From: an uncultured Gemmatimonadaceae bacterium
Lineage (GTDB): Bacteria > Gemmatimonadota > Gemmatimonadetes > Gemmatimonadales > Gemmatimonadaceae
Assembly: GCA_963751275.1 (NCBI GenBank)
Contig: CAVVTZ010000009.1
Location: 352,001 to 416,000 of the forward strand
Direction of reading: 5' to 3'
DNA: 64,000 nt
Below are positions 51,183 through 59,758 of this stretch, piece after piece. Below the pieces are notes generated by a model. That model was given only the letters and a program-made list of their open reading frames with translations, did no database searches and had not been told where the DNA came from. The first letter of the stretch is position 1, and each line of letters begins with the position of its first letter. A program made the translations under genes and the position numbers.

Positions 51183-53062
51183 TCAATCGCCGCCGCGAAC
51201 CACGCGCGATCGCGAGCTCCGCGCGCCCGAAGGGCGCCGAGACCTGCACGCCCTGCACGGCGCCGCGCACCCGCGCGAGCATCTCGCGCGCGATCGCGAC
51301 CCCCTCGGCGGCGGCGTGCTCCTTGGACTGCTCGTTCGCGCGGCGCATGCGCGCGACGATCGCGTCGGGCACCACCACGCCGGGCACCTCGTTCGCGAGG
51401 AACTCGGCGTTGCGCGCGGAGGTGAGCGGCCAGATGCCGGCCACCACCGGGATGCGCACGTGCTGCACCGACGCGAGGAAGCGCTCGAGCTGCGCCGCGT
51501 CGAACACCGGCTGCGTGACGGCGAACTCGGCGCCCGCCTCCACCTTGTACTCGAAGCGCTTGCGCTCCTGCGCCGCGTCGAGCGCCGCGGGATTCACGCC
51601 GACGCCGATGACGAAGCGCGTGGGTGCGCCGATGTCGTGGCCGCCGGGATCGAGCCCGTGATTGAGCCGGCTCACGAGATTCGTGAGGCCGATCGAGTCG
51701 ATGTCGAACACGGCGGTCGCGTCGGGATACGGCCCCATCTTCGGCGGATCGCCCGTGATCAGCAGGAGATTGCGGAGTCCCATCGCCGAGGCGCCGAGCA
51801 GGTCGCTCAGCATGCCGAGCAGATTGCGGTCGCGGCAGCAGTAGTGCGTGATCGTCTCGATGCCGACGCGCTGCTCGATGAGCAGCGACGTCATGAGCGC
51901 GCCCATGCGGCTCTGCGCGCGCGGCCCGTCGGGGACGTTCACGGCGTGCACGCCGGCGGCCTTCAAGGCGGCGACTGCTTCGAGCATCTTCGTCGCGTCC
52001 ACTCCCCTGGGCGGCACGATCTCCACCGAGGTGACGAATTCCCCGGCGGCGAGCCTCCGCGCCCAGTTCGAGCGCGTCGCGAAGGGGACGGGCTCAGCAC
52101 CCTTGGGTTCGGGAGTCGGGAGTCGGGAATCGACGGCACCGATCGTGCGCGGTCGATTCCCAAGTCCCGATTCCCGAACGTTGAGCCCCTTAATGCCGGC
52201 CACCATCGCGGAAATATGCTCCGGCGTTGTGCCGCAGCACCCGCCGATGATCTTGGCCCCAGCATGGAGCAAGTGCCGTGCATACGACGCCATGTACTCC
52301 GGGGAGGCCATGTACATCTGCCGTCCGCTCACATCCCGCGGCATGCCGGCGTTGGGCTGCGCGCTCAGCTTGCGCGTGGTGAGCGGCGCCATCTTCTCGA
52401 TCGCCTCGAGGATCGTCTGCGGACCGACGGAGCAGTTCAGGCCGATGATGTCGGCGCCCCAGCCGTCGAGCGCGCGCGCGATGTCCTCGGGGGAGGCGCC
52501 GAACGCGGTCATTCCGTCGGGACCGATCGTCATCTGCGCGATCACCGGCATCGTCGGCATCCACGTCGCGCGCGGCGAGAATGGCCTGCTCCATCTCCGC
52601 GAGGTCGCTGATCGTCTCGATGATGAAGCAGTCCGCGCCGCCGTCGCGCAGCGCGGTCATCTGCTCGCGGAAATGCGCGCGTGCCTCGTCGCGGCTCGTC
52701 GGGCCGAAGGGTTCGATGCGGATGCCGAGCGGACCGACCGCGCCGGCCACCAGCGCGCGCTCCCCGGCGGCCTCGCGCGCGATGCGCGCGGCGTTGCGGT
52801 TGAACTCGGCGACGTGCGACTCGAGCCCATGTTGCGCGAGCTTCACGCGATTCGCGCCGAAGCTGTTCGTCTCCAGCACCTGCGCGCCGGCGCGCACGTA
52901 CGCGTCGTGCACCTCGCGCACGAGCTCGGGCGCCCGCGTGTTGAGCTCGTCGTAGCATTGGTTGATGTAGACGCCCTTCGCATAGAGCATCGTGCCCATC
53001 GCGCCGTCGAAGACGATGACGCGCGCGGGATCGAGGAGGGTGGAGCAGTCGCGTGGGGTCAT
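51183..53062 (-). CDS. yitJ: Bifunctional homocysteine S-methyltransferase / 5,10-methylenetetrahydrofolate reductase (frameshift near 52560; 3' end uncertain, 51183 or 51085)
   Basis: FDGAMGTML, ETNSFGAN, GLNCSVGP, PNAGMP, GGCCGTTPEH, then MTHFR motifs VEIVPPRG, VNVPDG, HYCCRDRN, ITGDPP, FAVTQPVFD. Confidence 0.92.
52107..52179. repeat. Palindromic element family G inside the yitJ-like CDS
   Basis: GTTCGGGAGTCGGGAGTCGGGAATCGAC ... GTCGATTCCCAAGTCCCGATTCCCGAAC (28-bp arms, 3 mismatches), read in-frame as VRESGLGNRPRTIGAVDSRLPTPEP. Confidence 0.88.
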
Positions 53063-56000
53063 GGGGTCGCCTCGCCGGCACCGGCGCGCACGGCATAGTA
53101 TTTCGCGGCCGGGTGGTGCACGATGAGCGCGGCCGTGCTCTGCTCGGGGAGCAGCTGGTGCGCCGTCGTGAGCGACATGCCGAGCGCGCCGGCCGCGGGG
53201 AGCAGGCGGAACACCGTGTCGTGTCCATCCAGCTCCGGACAGGCCGGGTAACCCCACGAGTAGCGCTTCCCCTGTTGCGCGGGAATGCCGAGTTCGCGGC
53301 GGATGCGCTCGTGCATCCATTGCGCGGTCGCCTCGGCGGCTTCCACCGCGATGCCGTGCGCGTAGAACGCCTCGGAATATTCGCCGCGCGCCTGCAGCGC
53401 CTCGAACCGGCGCGACGCGGCATCGCCCACGGTCACCACCTGCACGGCGAGCACGTCGGTCTCCTCCGATTCCACGGAACGGAAATAGTCGGCGAGGCAG
53501 AGGTGTTCGCGCAATGCCTGGCGGGGGAAGGTGAAGCGCGCGATCTCGCGCCGCGATCCACCATCCGCGGCGAAGGCCGCCGGGTCGTACACGATGAGCT
53601 CGTTCCCGCTCGATTGCACCGGGAAGTATCCGTATACCGCCTGCGGCGCGATCCATCCTTCGTTGCGCGCCGACGCGGAGAGCCGCTCGAGGGCCGGCGT
53701 GAATTCCTCGCGCACGGCGCGCGTGTACTCATCGCCCGACCCGCGTCCGCCCCACTGCAGCCGGAACAGTTCGTCCAGGTCGAGCAGCGCGAGCACCTCG
53801 TCGAGCGGGATGTCGCGCACCACGCGCACGCCGAGGAAGGGCGGGGCGGGCACCGCGACATCCGCCGCGACGGCGCTGCGTGCGGTGCTCGTGCTGCCGG
53901 CCGCCGCGTCCTTGCCCGTGGCGGTGTGCAGGAAGACGTCGTCGCGCGCCTCGCGCAGATTGTCGCTCACCGCGCCGGCGCGGCGCGCCGGGTCCACGAG
54001 GCGCTCCATGGTGTCCAGCCCCTCGAACGCGTCCTTGCAATAGAAGACGCCCGGCGCGTAGGCCCGCTCACCCTCCACGAAGAGCGCACGGCGACCGAAG
54101 CGGCGGTTGATCGCCGCGCCGCCGATGAGCACGGGCATCGCGAGCCCGCGCCGGTCGAGCTCCTGCACGCACAGCGGCATCTGTTTCGAGGTGGAAACCA
54201 GCAGCGCCGAGAGTCCCACGGCGTCGGCCTTGTGCTCCACGGCCGCGTCCACGATGCGGTTCACCGGCACCTGCTTGCCGAGATCCACCACGGTGTAGCC
54301 GTTGTTCGAGAGGATCGTGTTGACGAGCGATTTCCCGATGTCGTGCACGTCGCCGTACACGGTGGCGAGGACGATCGTGCCCTTGGTGTAGCCTTCCTTC
54401 CGTTCGAGGAACAGCTCGAGATGCTTGACGGCGCGCTTCATCACCTCGGCGCTCTGCAGCACGAATGGCAGGATCAACTCTCCGGCACCGAACTTGTCGC
54501 CGACTTCCTTCATCGCGGGCAGCAGCACCTCGTTGAGCACGCGCACGGGATCCTTCCTCACACCTGCCGTGTCGAGCGCATCCTCGATCCCTTCCTTGCG
54601 GCGATGCACCACCATCCACGATACGACCGCGTCGGCGCTCAGCCCGGCCAGCGGATCCGCCGCGGCCGTTCCGGCAGGCGAGAGCCGGCCGCCGCCAGCC
54701 TCGTATTTCTGAATGAACCGCGAGAGCGCATCGGGCCGCCGGTTGAACACCAGGTCATCCGCGAGCGCGCGTTCCTCGCCATCCAGCTCGGCGTACGGCC
54801 GCACATGCGCCGGATTCACGATCGCCATGTCCAGCCCCGCCTGCACGCAGTGGTGCAGGAACACCGAGTTGAGCACGGCGCGCGCGTCGGGGGTGAGGCC
54901 GAAGCTCACGTTGCTCACGCCGAGCGATGTGAACACGCCGGGCAGCTCACGCTTGATGAGCGTGATCCCTTCGATCGTCTCCACCGCGCTCGCCACCCAC
55001 TCGGCCTCGCCGGTGGCGAGCGTGAAGGTGAGCGCGTCGAAGATCAGATCGCCGGGCTCGAGACCGAACTCGCCGGTCGCGAGATCGTGGATGCGCCGCG
55101 CGATCTCGAGCTTCCGCTCCCGCGTCTTGGCCATGCCGGTCTCGTCGATCGTGAGCGCGACCACCGCGGCGCCGAACTGCTTCACCACGGGCAGCAGCGC
55201 GTCGATCTTCGCGCGCCCCGCCTCGAGGTTCACGGAATTCACCACCGCGCGCCCGGGCACGTGCTCCAGCGCGCGCGCGATCACCTCGGGCTCGGTGGAA
55301 TCGATCATGAGCGGCGCCTCGACGGTCATCGACAGCAGCTTCACCACGCGCGCCATCTGCTCCGCCTCGTCCGCCCGCTCGGTGAGCGCCACGCACACGT
55401 CCAGCACGTGCGCGCCGGCCTCCACCTGCTCGCGCGCCACGCGCGCGATCCCCTCGTAATCATCGGCGAGCAGCATGCGCTTGACCGCGCGGCTGCCTTG
55501 GGCGTTGACGCGCTCGCCGATGATCAACGGCGCTGGATCTTGATGCAGGGTTATCGCCCGCATGGCGCTCGAGATTCGCGGCGTTCGGGAGTCGGGAGTC
55601 GGGAATCGCGAACCCCGCCGTCGACTCCCGACTCCCGACTCCCGAACATGTCGAACCACGTGCTCCAAGTGCTCCGGCGTGGTGCCACAGCACCCGCCGA
55701 CGATGGCGACACCGAAGTCCCGAACGAACTCGGAGAGCGCCAAGGCCAATGGCTCCGGCTCCAACGGATACACCGCGTCCCCCGAGCCCGTATTAAGCGG
55801 CAACCCCGCGTTCGGGATGCAGCTCACCGGCAGCCGCGCGTGTTCGGCGAGCCACCGGATGGGCTCGCGCATGTGCTCGGGACCCGTGGAGCAATTCAGG
55901 CCGATCACGTCCACGCCGAGCGCTTCGAGCGTCGTCATCGCGCTCGCGATGTCGGTGCCGAGCAGCATGCGGCCGCTCGTGTCGAGCGTCACCTGTGCCT

Positions 56001-56592
56001 GGAGCGCCACGCGGCGCCCCAGTTCGGCGAAGAGGCGCTCGATGCCGGCGATCGCGGCCTTCACCTCCAGGATGTCCTGCGCCGTCTCGAGGAGCAGCAC
56101 ATCCACGCCGCCTTCCACGAGCGCCGCCGCCTGCGCGTGGAACTCGGCGCTCAATTCGCCGAACGAGACCGCGGAGAGCGTGGGGTCGGCGCTCGACGGG
56201 AGCATGCCGGTGGGGCCCATGGAGCCGGCGACGAAGCGCGGGCGGCCATCGTGCGCCGCCGCATCGCACGCCGCGCGCGCGAGGCGTGCGGCCTCGACAT
56301 TGATGTCGCGCGCGCGGGCGGCCAATCCCCACTCGCCCAGCCGGCGCGGCGTGCTCTGGAAGGTGCAGGTCTCCACGACGTCGCATCCTACGGCGAGGAA
56401 CGACTCGTGGATGCCGCGGATCACGTCGGGGCGCGTGAGCACGAGGTGGTCATTGCAGCCGGCGAGCGCGTCACCGCCGAAATCGAGCGCGGTGAGCTGT
56501 GCGCGCTGGATGTTCGTACCCATCGCGCCGTCGTAGACGAGCGTGCCGCGCGCGAGCGCGTCCAGGTACGGTGACGGGAATCGGCGAGCCAT
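53059..56592 (-). CDS. metH: Cobalamin-dependent methionine synthase
   Basis: YDGAMGT, GLNCSTGP, GGCCGTTPEH, IIGERVN pterin domain, GDVHDIGKSLV cobalamin motif, RYSWGYPACP reactivation domain. Confidence 0.97.
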   Translation of the reverse strand: MARRFPSPYLDALARGTLVYDGAMGTNIQRAQLTALDFGGDALAGCNDHLVLTRPDVIRGIHESFLAVGCDVVETCTFQSTPRRLGEWGLAARARDINVEAARLARAACDAAAHDGRPRFVAGSMGPTGMLPSSADPTLSAVSFGELSAEFHAQAAALVEGGVDVLLLETAQDILEVKAAIAGIERLFAELGRRVALQAQVTLDTSGRMLLGTDIASAMTTLEALGVDVIGLNCSTGPEHMREPIRWLAEHARLPVSCIPNAGLPLNTGSGDAVYPLEPEPLALALSEFVRDFGVAIVGGCCGTTPEHLEHVVRHVRESGVGSRRRGSRFPTPDSRTPRISSAMRAITLHQDPAPLIIGERVNAQGSRAVKRMLLADDYEGIARVAREQVEAGAHVLDVCVALTERADEAEQMARVVKLLSMTVEAPLMIDSTEPEVIARALEHVPGRAVVNSVNLEAGRAKIDALLPVVKQFGAAVVALTIDETGMAKTRERKLEIARRIHDLATGEFGLEPGDLIFDALTFTLATGEAEWVASAVETIEGITLIKRELPGVFTSLGVSNVSFGLTPDARAVLNSVFLHHCVQAGLDMAIVNPAHVRPYAELDGEERALADDLVFNRRPDALSRFIQKYEAGGGRLSPAGTAAADPLAGLSADAVVSWMVVHRRKEGIEDALDTAGVRKDPVRVLNEVLLPAMKEVGDKFGAGELILPFVLQSAEVMKRAVKHLELFLERKEGYTKGTIVLATVYGDVHDIGKSLVNTILSNNGYTVVDLGKQVPVNRIVDAAVEHKADAVGLSALLVSTSKQMPLCVQELDRRGLAMPVLIGGAAINRRFGRRALFVEGERAYAPGVFYCKDAFEGLDTMERLVDPARRAGAVSDNLREARDDVFLHTATGKDAAAGSTSTARSAVAADVAVPAPPFLGVRVVRDIPLDEVLALLDLDELFRLQWGGRGSGDEYTRAVREEFTPALERLSASARNEGWIAPQAVYGYFPVQSSGNELIVYDPAAFAADGGSRREIARFTFPRQALREHLCLADYFRSVESEETDVLAVQVVTVGDAASRRFEALQARGEYSEAFYAHGIAVEAAEATAQWMHERIRRELGIPAQQGKRYSWGYPACPELDGHDTVFRLLPAAGALGMSLTTAHQLLPEQSTAALIVHHPAAKYYAVRAGAGEATP
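55583..55647. repeat. Palindromic element family G inside metH
   Basis: GTTCGGGAGTCGGGAGTCGGGAATCG (identical to the 52107 arm) ... CGACTCCCGACTCCCGACTCCCGAAC, read in-frame as VRESGVGSRRRGSRFPTPDSRT. Confidence 0.9.
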
Positions 56593-56612
56593 CGCGCGAA
56601 CGTGTCCCCCGA

Positions 56613-56647
56613 AAGAAAAAAATGCCCGGTGCGCACAGGCACCCGGC
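56613..56647 (-). terminator. Intrinsic terminator in the metH leader (riboswitch expression platform)
   Basis: Minus strand GCCGGGTGC-CTGTGC-GCACCGGGC (one mismatch) followed by ATTTTTTTCTTT, upstream of the metH ATG. Confidence 0.65.
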
Positions 56648-56649
56648 CG

Positions 56650-56704
56650 GCGCTTTAGCTGAATATTTAACGTGGCCGCAAGTTGCCTGAAATCGCCACG
56701 GAAC
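56650..56704 (-). ncRNA. SAM-II (SAM-alpha)-type riboswitch aptamer
   Basis: Minus strand CCGTGGCGATTTCAGGCAACTTGCGGCCACGTTAAATATTCAGCTAAAG: P1 CGTGG/CCACG, GATTT...TTGC loop, TTAAA linker and GCTAAA pseudoknot strand, directly upstream of metH. Confidence 0.85.
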
Positions 56705-56731
56705 CGTTGTGCTCCCTCTATAGGACGAATG

Positions 56732-57151
56732 CTATAGCCGCGGCGGCACCTCCGGTAGCCCCGACGGCCGCTGCACGATCTCGCGCCCGGTGACGCGCGC
56801 GCGGTCGGCCAGGCGGAAGATCAGCGCCATCAGCCGGTTCCGCTCGAGGGGCAGCGTGAGATCGGCGAGCACGTAGCGGTGCATCGCGGCCGGCAGCGAG
56901 CTGGGCGCGTCCTCTTCGGCGTGGCAGAGGAGCACCGCGCCGCCGCTCGCGAGGGGAATGCGCAGCGCATCCGGATCCGACTCGGCGCTTCGCCGTTCGA
57001 CCACCACCACCAGCGGGCGGTCGGCGAGTGCGATCTCCACGCCCTGCGCGGCGGTGTGCGCGTGGTGCGTGGTGTGTCCCGCATTGACGAGTGATTGCGC
57101 GAGCCCTTCGAGCATCGCACCGTTCGACCCGATCAGCAGGATAGTTGCCAT
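56732..57151 (-). CDS. Atypical (pseudo-)receiver domain protein
   Basis: MATILLIGSN...GHTTHHAHTAAQGVEIALADRPLVVVVE follows the CheY-like pattern but lacks the canonical Asp and Lys residues. Confidence 0.6.
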   Translation of the reverse strand: MATILLIGSNGAMLEGLAQSLVNAGHTTHHAHTAAQGVEIALADRPLVVVVERRSAESDPDALRIPLASGGAVLLCHAEEDAPSSLPAAMHRYVLADLTLPLERNRLMALIFRLADRARVTGREIVQRPSGLPEVPPRL

Positions 57152-57160
57152 GTCGCTCCG

Positions 57161-57454
57161 TTAGTCTCCTTCCGCGAGCCGGCGCACCAGCTCCGCGGTC
57201 ACGCCGGACACTTCCACTACTTTCACGCGCGCCGTCGCGCCCGTCACGATCGTCACCGCCCGACGCGGCACATCCAGCCACGCGGCGAGCACCTCCACCA
57301 GCTCCTCGTTCGCCGCGCCATCCACCGGCGCCGCGTTCAATCTCACCTTCAGCGCGCCGGCGTGCATCCCCGCCACCTCGCTGAACGAGCTCCGCGTCTG
57401 CACGCGCACGGTGAACCGCACCGCGCCGCTCCGCTGCTCCACCGCGAGTGTCAC
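57161..57454 (-). CDS. yggU: DUF167 / YggU family protein
   Basis: VRFTVRVQ, LKVRLNAAPVDGAANEELVEVLA, VTIVTGATARVKVV. Confidence 0.92.
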   Translation of the reverse strand: MTLAVEQRSGAVRFTVRVQTRSSFSEVAGMHAGALKVRLNAAPVDGAANEELVEVLAAWLDVPRRAVTIVTGATARVKVVEVSGVTAELVRRLAEGD

Positions 57455-57455
57455 G

Positions 57456-58043
57456 TCACCACGCCCATCGGAGCACGCCCTCGGCGCCCCAGAGGATCAG
57501 GAGCGCGACGAGCGGACTGATGTCGATCATCCCCATGGGCGGCAGCACGCGCCGCAGCGGCCGCAGCATCCATTCCGTGAGGAAGGTGCACCATCGCATC
57601 CAGCGAACGTACGGAGAGATCCGGAGCCACGACGCGATCACGCGCACCACGAGCGCCAGCCGGAGGATCCCGAGCGTCCACGCGACGAGCAGATAATAAA
57701 GCGCGCGCGCGGAATGGGAAGCCGCCATCGCTTCGGCGACGATGTCGCGCGCCGTCTTGAGCAGCAGGAGGAGGAGAATGCCGCCGGCCACCGCGGCCAC
57801 GAGGGCCCACCACGGCGCCGCGGCGGGCATGCCGCCGGCGCGTATGACGCGGCGCTCCACGGGTTCGAGCAGGGGGTCCACCGCACGGCGGAAGAATCGC
57901 GCCGTCGCGCCGAAGGGACTGATCCGCCGCGTCCGCACGAGCCAATCGACGGCGAAGATGAGGAAGAGCACCGCCGCAACCGCGACGAGCGCCCGGCCGA
58001 CCAAAAGGATCAGGAGATCGATTACCTGGATCGGATCGGTCAC
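57456..58043 (-). CDS. yggT: YggT family membrane protein
   Basis: RVIASWL...LTEWMLRPLRRVLPPMGMIDISPLVA, two YggT repeats, adjacent to yggU. Confidence 0.9.
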   Translation of the reverse strand: MTDPIQVIDLLILLVGRALVAVAAVLFLIFAVDWLVRTRRISPFGATARFFRRAVDPLLEPVERRVIRAGGMPAAAPWWALVAAVAGGILLLLLLKTARDIVAEAMAASHSARALYYLLVAWTLGILRLALVVRVIASWLRISPYVRWMRWCTFLTEWMLRPLRRVLPPMGMIDISPLVALLILWGAEGVLRWAW

Positions 58044-58090
58044 GACAGGTAAAGTGACCGACCGCATCGTGCTGGGCAAGTGGTGGACGA

Positions 58091-58147
58091 GGCAGTCGTT
58101 CGTCGTACGCGTTTAGAAGTGCTAAACGCGTACGACCAACGACTCCC
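58091..58147. repeat. Palindromic element family F
   Basis: AGTCGTTCGTCGTACGCGTTTAG-AAGTG-CTAAACGCGTACGACCAACGACT, 23-bp arms with one mismatch. Confidence 0.85.
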
Positions 58148-58168
58148 TTTCGACTGTCTCCCGTTGTT

Positions 58169-59758
58169 TCAGATGGGCCTTTCGTGCGTGAAGAGCATCT
58201 TCACCGACCGCCAGATCCCGCCGAGTCGGTCGCCGAGCCTCCGCCCATGCCAGAAGCGCAGGAACGCATCAAGATCCGCCGCGTACTCGGCGCTGTACCC
58301 GAACCACCAGGGCTGGCGCCATCCCACGATCCGGTCCACGATCACCGTCTTCGTCCGCGTGCATTCGAGCAGTCCCTCGATGCCGTGCGAGCTACCAAAA
58401 CCGCTCTCCTTCACGCCGCCGTGCGGCACCTCCGCGATCCCCGCGGCCACGATGCTGTCGTTCACCACCACGGTGCCGGCCTCGAGGCTGCGCGCGACGC
58501 GCTCCGCGTGCGCGCGATCGCGGCCCCACACGCTCGCCGAGAGGCCGTAGCTGCTCGCGTTCGCGATCCGCACCGCTTCGTCGGCGTCGCGCACGCGCAC
58601 CACCGGCAGCAGTGGTCCGAACGTCTCATCCCGCAGCACCTGCATGTCCGGCGTCACGTTCACGAGCAGCGTGGGCGCCATGAAGTCGCCGCCCGCCGCG
58701 GTGCCTCCCTGCGCCGCGATGGTGGCGCCGCGCGCGAGCGCATCATCGAGCTGGCGCTGCAGCGCCGCCGTCTGCGACGGCCGGATCATCGGTCCGACAT
58801 CCGTGTCCAACGAGGCGCCCGGCCCCACGTGCAGCGCGCGCACGCGCGCGCCGAGCTTCTCGACGAACGCGTCGTAGACGGCGCTCTCCACGAGGATCCG
58901 CTTCGACGCGGTGCAGGTCTGTCCCGCGTTGCTGAAGCGTCCCCAGACGATGCCGCTCGCCGCGCTGTCGAGATCGGCGTCGGCGAGCACGATCGAGGGG
59001 TCGCTGCCGCCCAGCTCGAGCACGCAGGGCGTGAGGCGCATGCCGCACTCCTGCGCCACCTTCCGCCCCGTGGCCGCGCTCCCGACGAAGAAGACCTTGT
59101 CCACGCCCGCCTCGATCACCGCGGCGCCGGTGCTGCCGTCACCGGTGAGCACCTGCACGAGCCCCGGCGGGATCCCCGACGCGTTCAGGATCTCGCCGAG
59201 CAGCACGCCCGTCGTGGGCGAGAATTCCGACGGCTTGAACAGTACGCCGTTGCCGGCGGCCACCGCGGGCAGCAGGAGCCCGGCCGCGAGCATGAACGGA
59301 TAATTCCACGGCGAGATCACGCCCACGACGCCCAGCGGCTCGTGCCGCACCGTAACGCGCTTCCGCCACATCGCGATGTTGAACGGCGTGAAGTGCCGGT
59401 CGGCGAGCACGTGGGGCGCGCGCCGCGCGAAGAAGCGCGCGAGGTCGAGCGTCACCATGATCTCGGTGGTCAGCGCCTCGGCCGCCGGCTTGCCGTTCTC
59501 CCGCATCACGACGCCGGCCACTTCGGCGCGCCGCTCGAAGAGCAGGCGCCGAAAGCGCTCCACCGCCTGCGCGCGGTGACGCAGCGATTCCGCGCCCCAG
59601 ATCGACTGTGCCGCGCGCGCCGCATCCATCGCCGCACGAACGGCGGACGCATCGGCTGTCGCGTAGCTGCGCCACACTTCGCCGGTGGCCGGATCGCGCG
59701 ACTCGGCCTTGCGGGGCGCCGCGGGCGCGGGTGCCGCCGGCGTCAGCGTCGCGCTCAT
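58169..59758 (-). CDS. NAD(P)-dependent aldehyde dehydrogenase
   Basis: ISPWNYP, KPSEFSP, VGSAATG, LELGGSDP, NAGQTC, ETFGP, PHGGVKESGFG. Confidence 0.95.
   Translation of the reverse strand: MSATLTPAAPAPAAPRKAESRDPATGEVWRSYATADASAVRAAMDAARAAQSIWGAESLRHRAQAVERFRRLLFERRAEVAGVVMRENGKPAAEALTTEIMVTLDLARFFARRAPHVLADRHFTPFNIAMWRKRVTVRHEPLGVVGVISPWNYPFMLAAGLLLPAVAAGNGVLFKPSEFSPTTGVLLGEILNASGIPPGLVQVLTGDGSTGAAVIEAGVDKVFFVGSAATGRKVAQECGMRLTPCVLELGGSDPSIVLADADLDSAASGIVWGRFSNAGQTCTASKRILVESAVYDAFVEKLGARVRALHVGPGASLDTDVGPMIRPSQTAALQRQLDDALARGATIAAQGGTAAGGDFMAPTLLVNVTPDMQVLRDETFGPLLPVVRVRDADEAVRIANASSYGLSASVWGRDRAHAERVARSLEAGTVVVNDSIVAAGIAEVPHGGVKESGFGSSHGIEGLLECTRTKTVIVDRIVGWRQPWWFGYSAEYAADLDAFLRFWHGRRLGDRLGGIWRSVKMLFTHERPI

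Noticed and set aside
53053..56574. 1173-aa plus-strand ORF antisense to metH, and similar long shadow ORFs (21135..23579, 59608..62022, 27414..29147, 58184..59926)
   Set aside because: Arg/Ala/Gly-rich with no motifs. They mirror real genes on the opposite strand, as expected from stop-codon scarcity at high GC.
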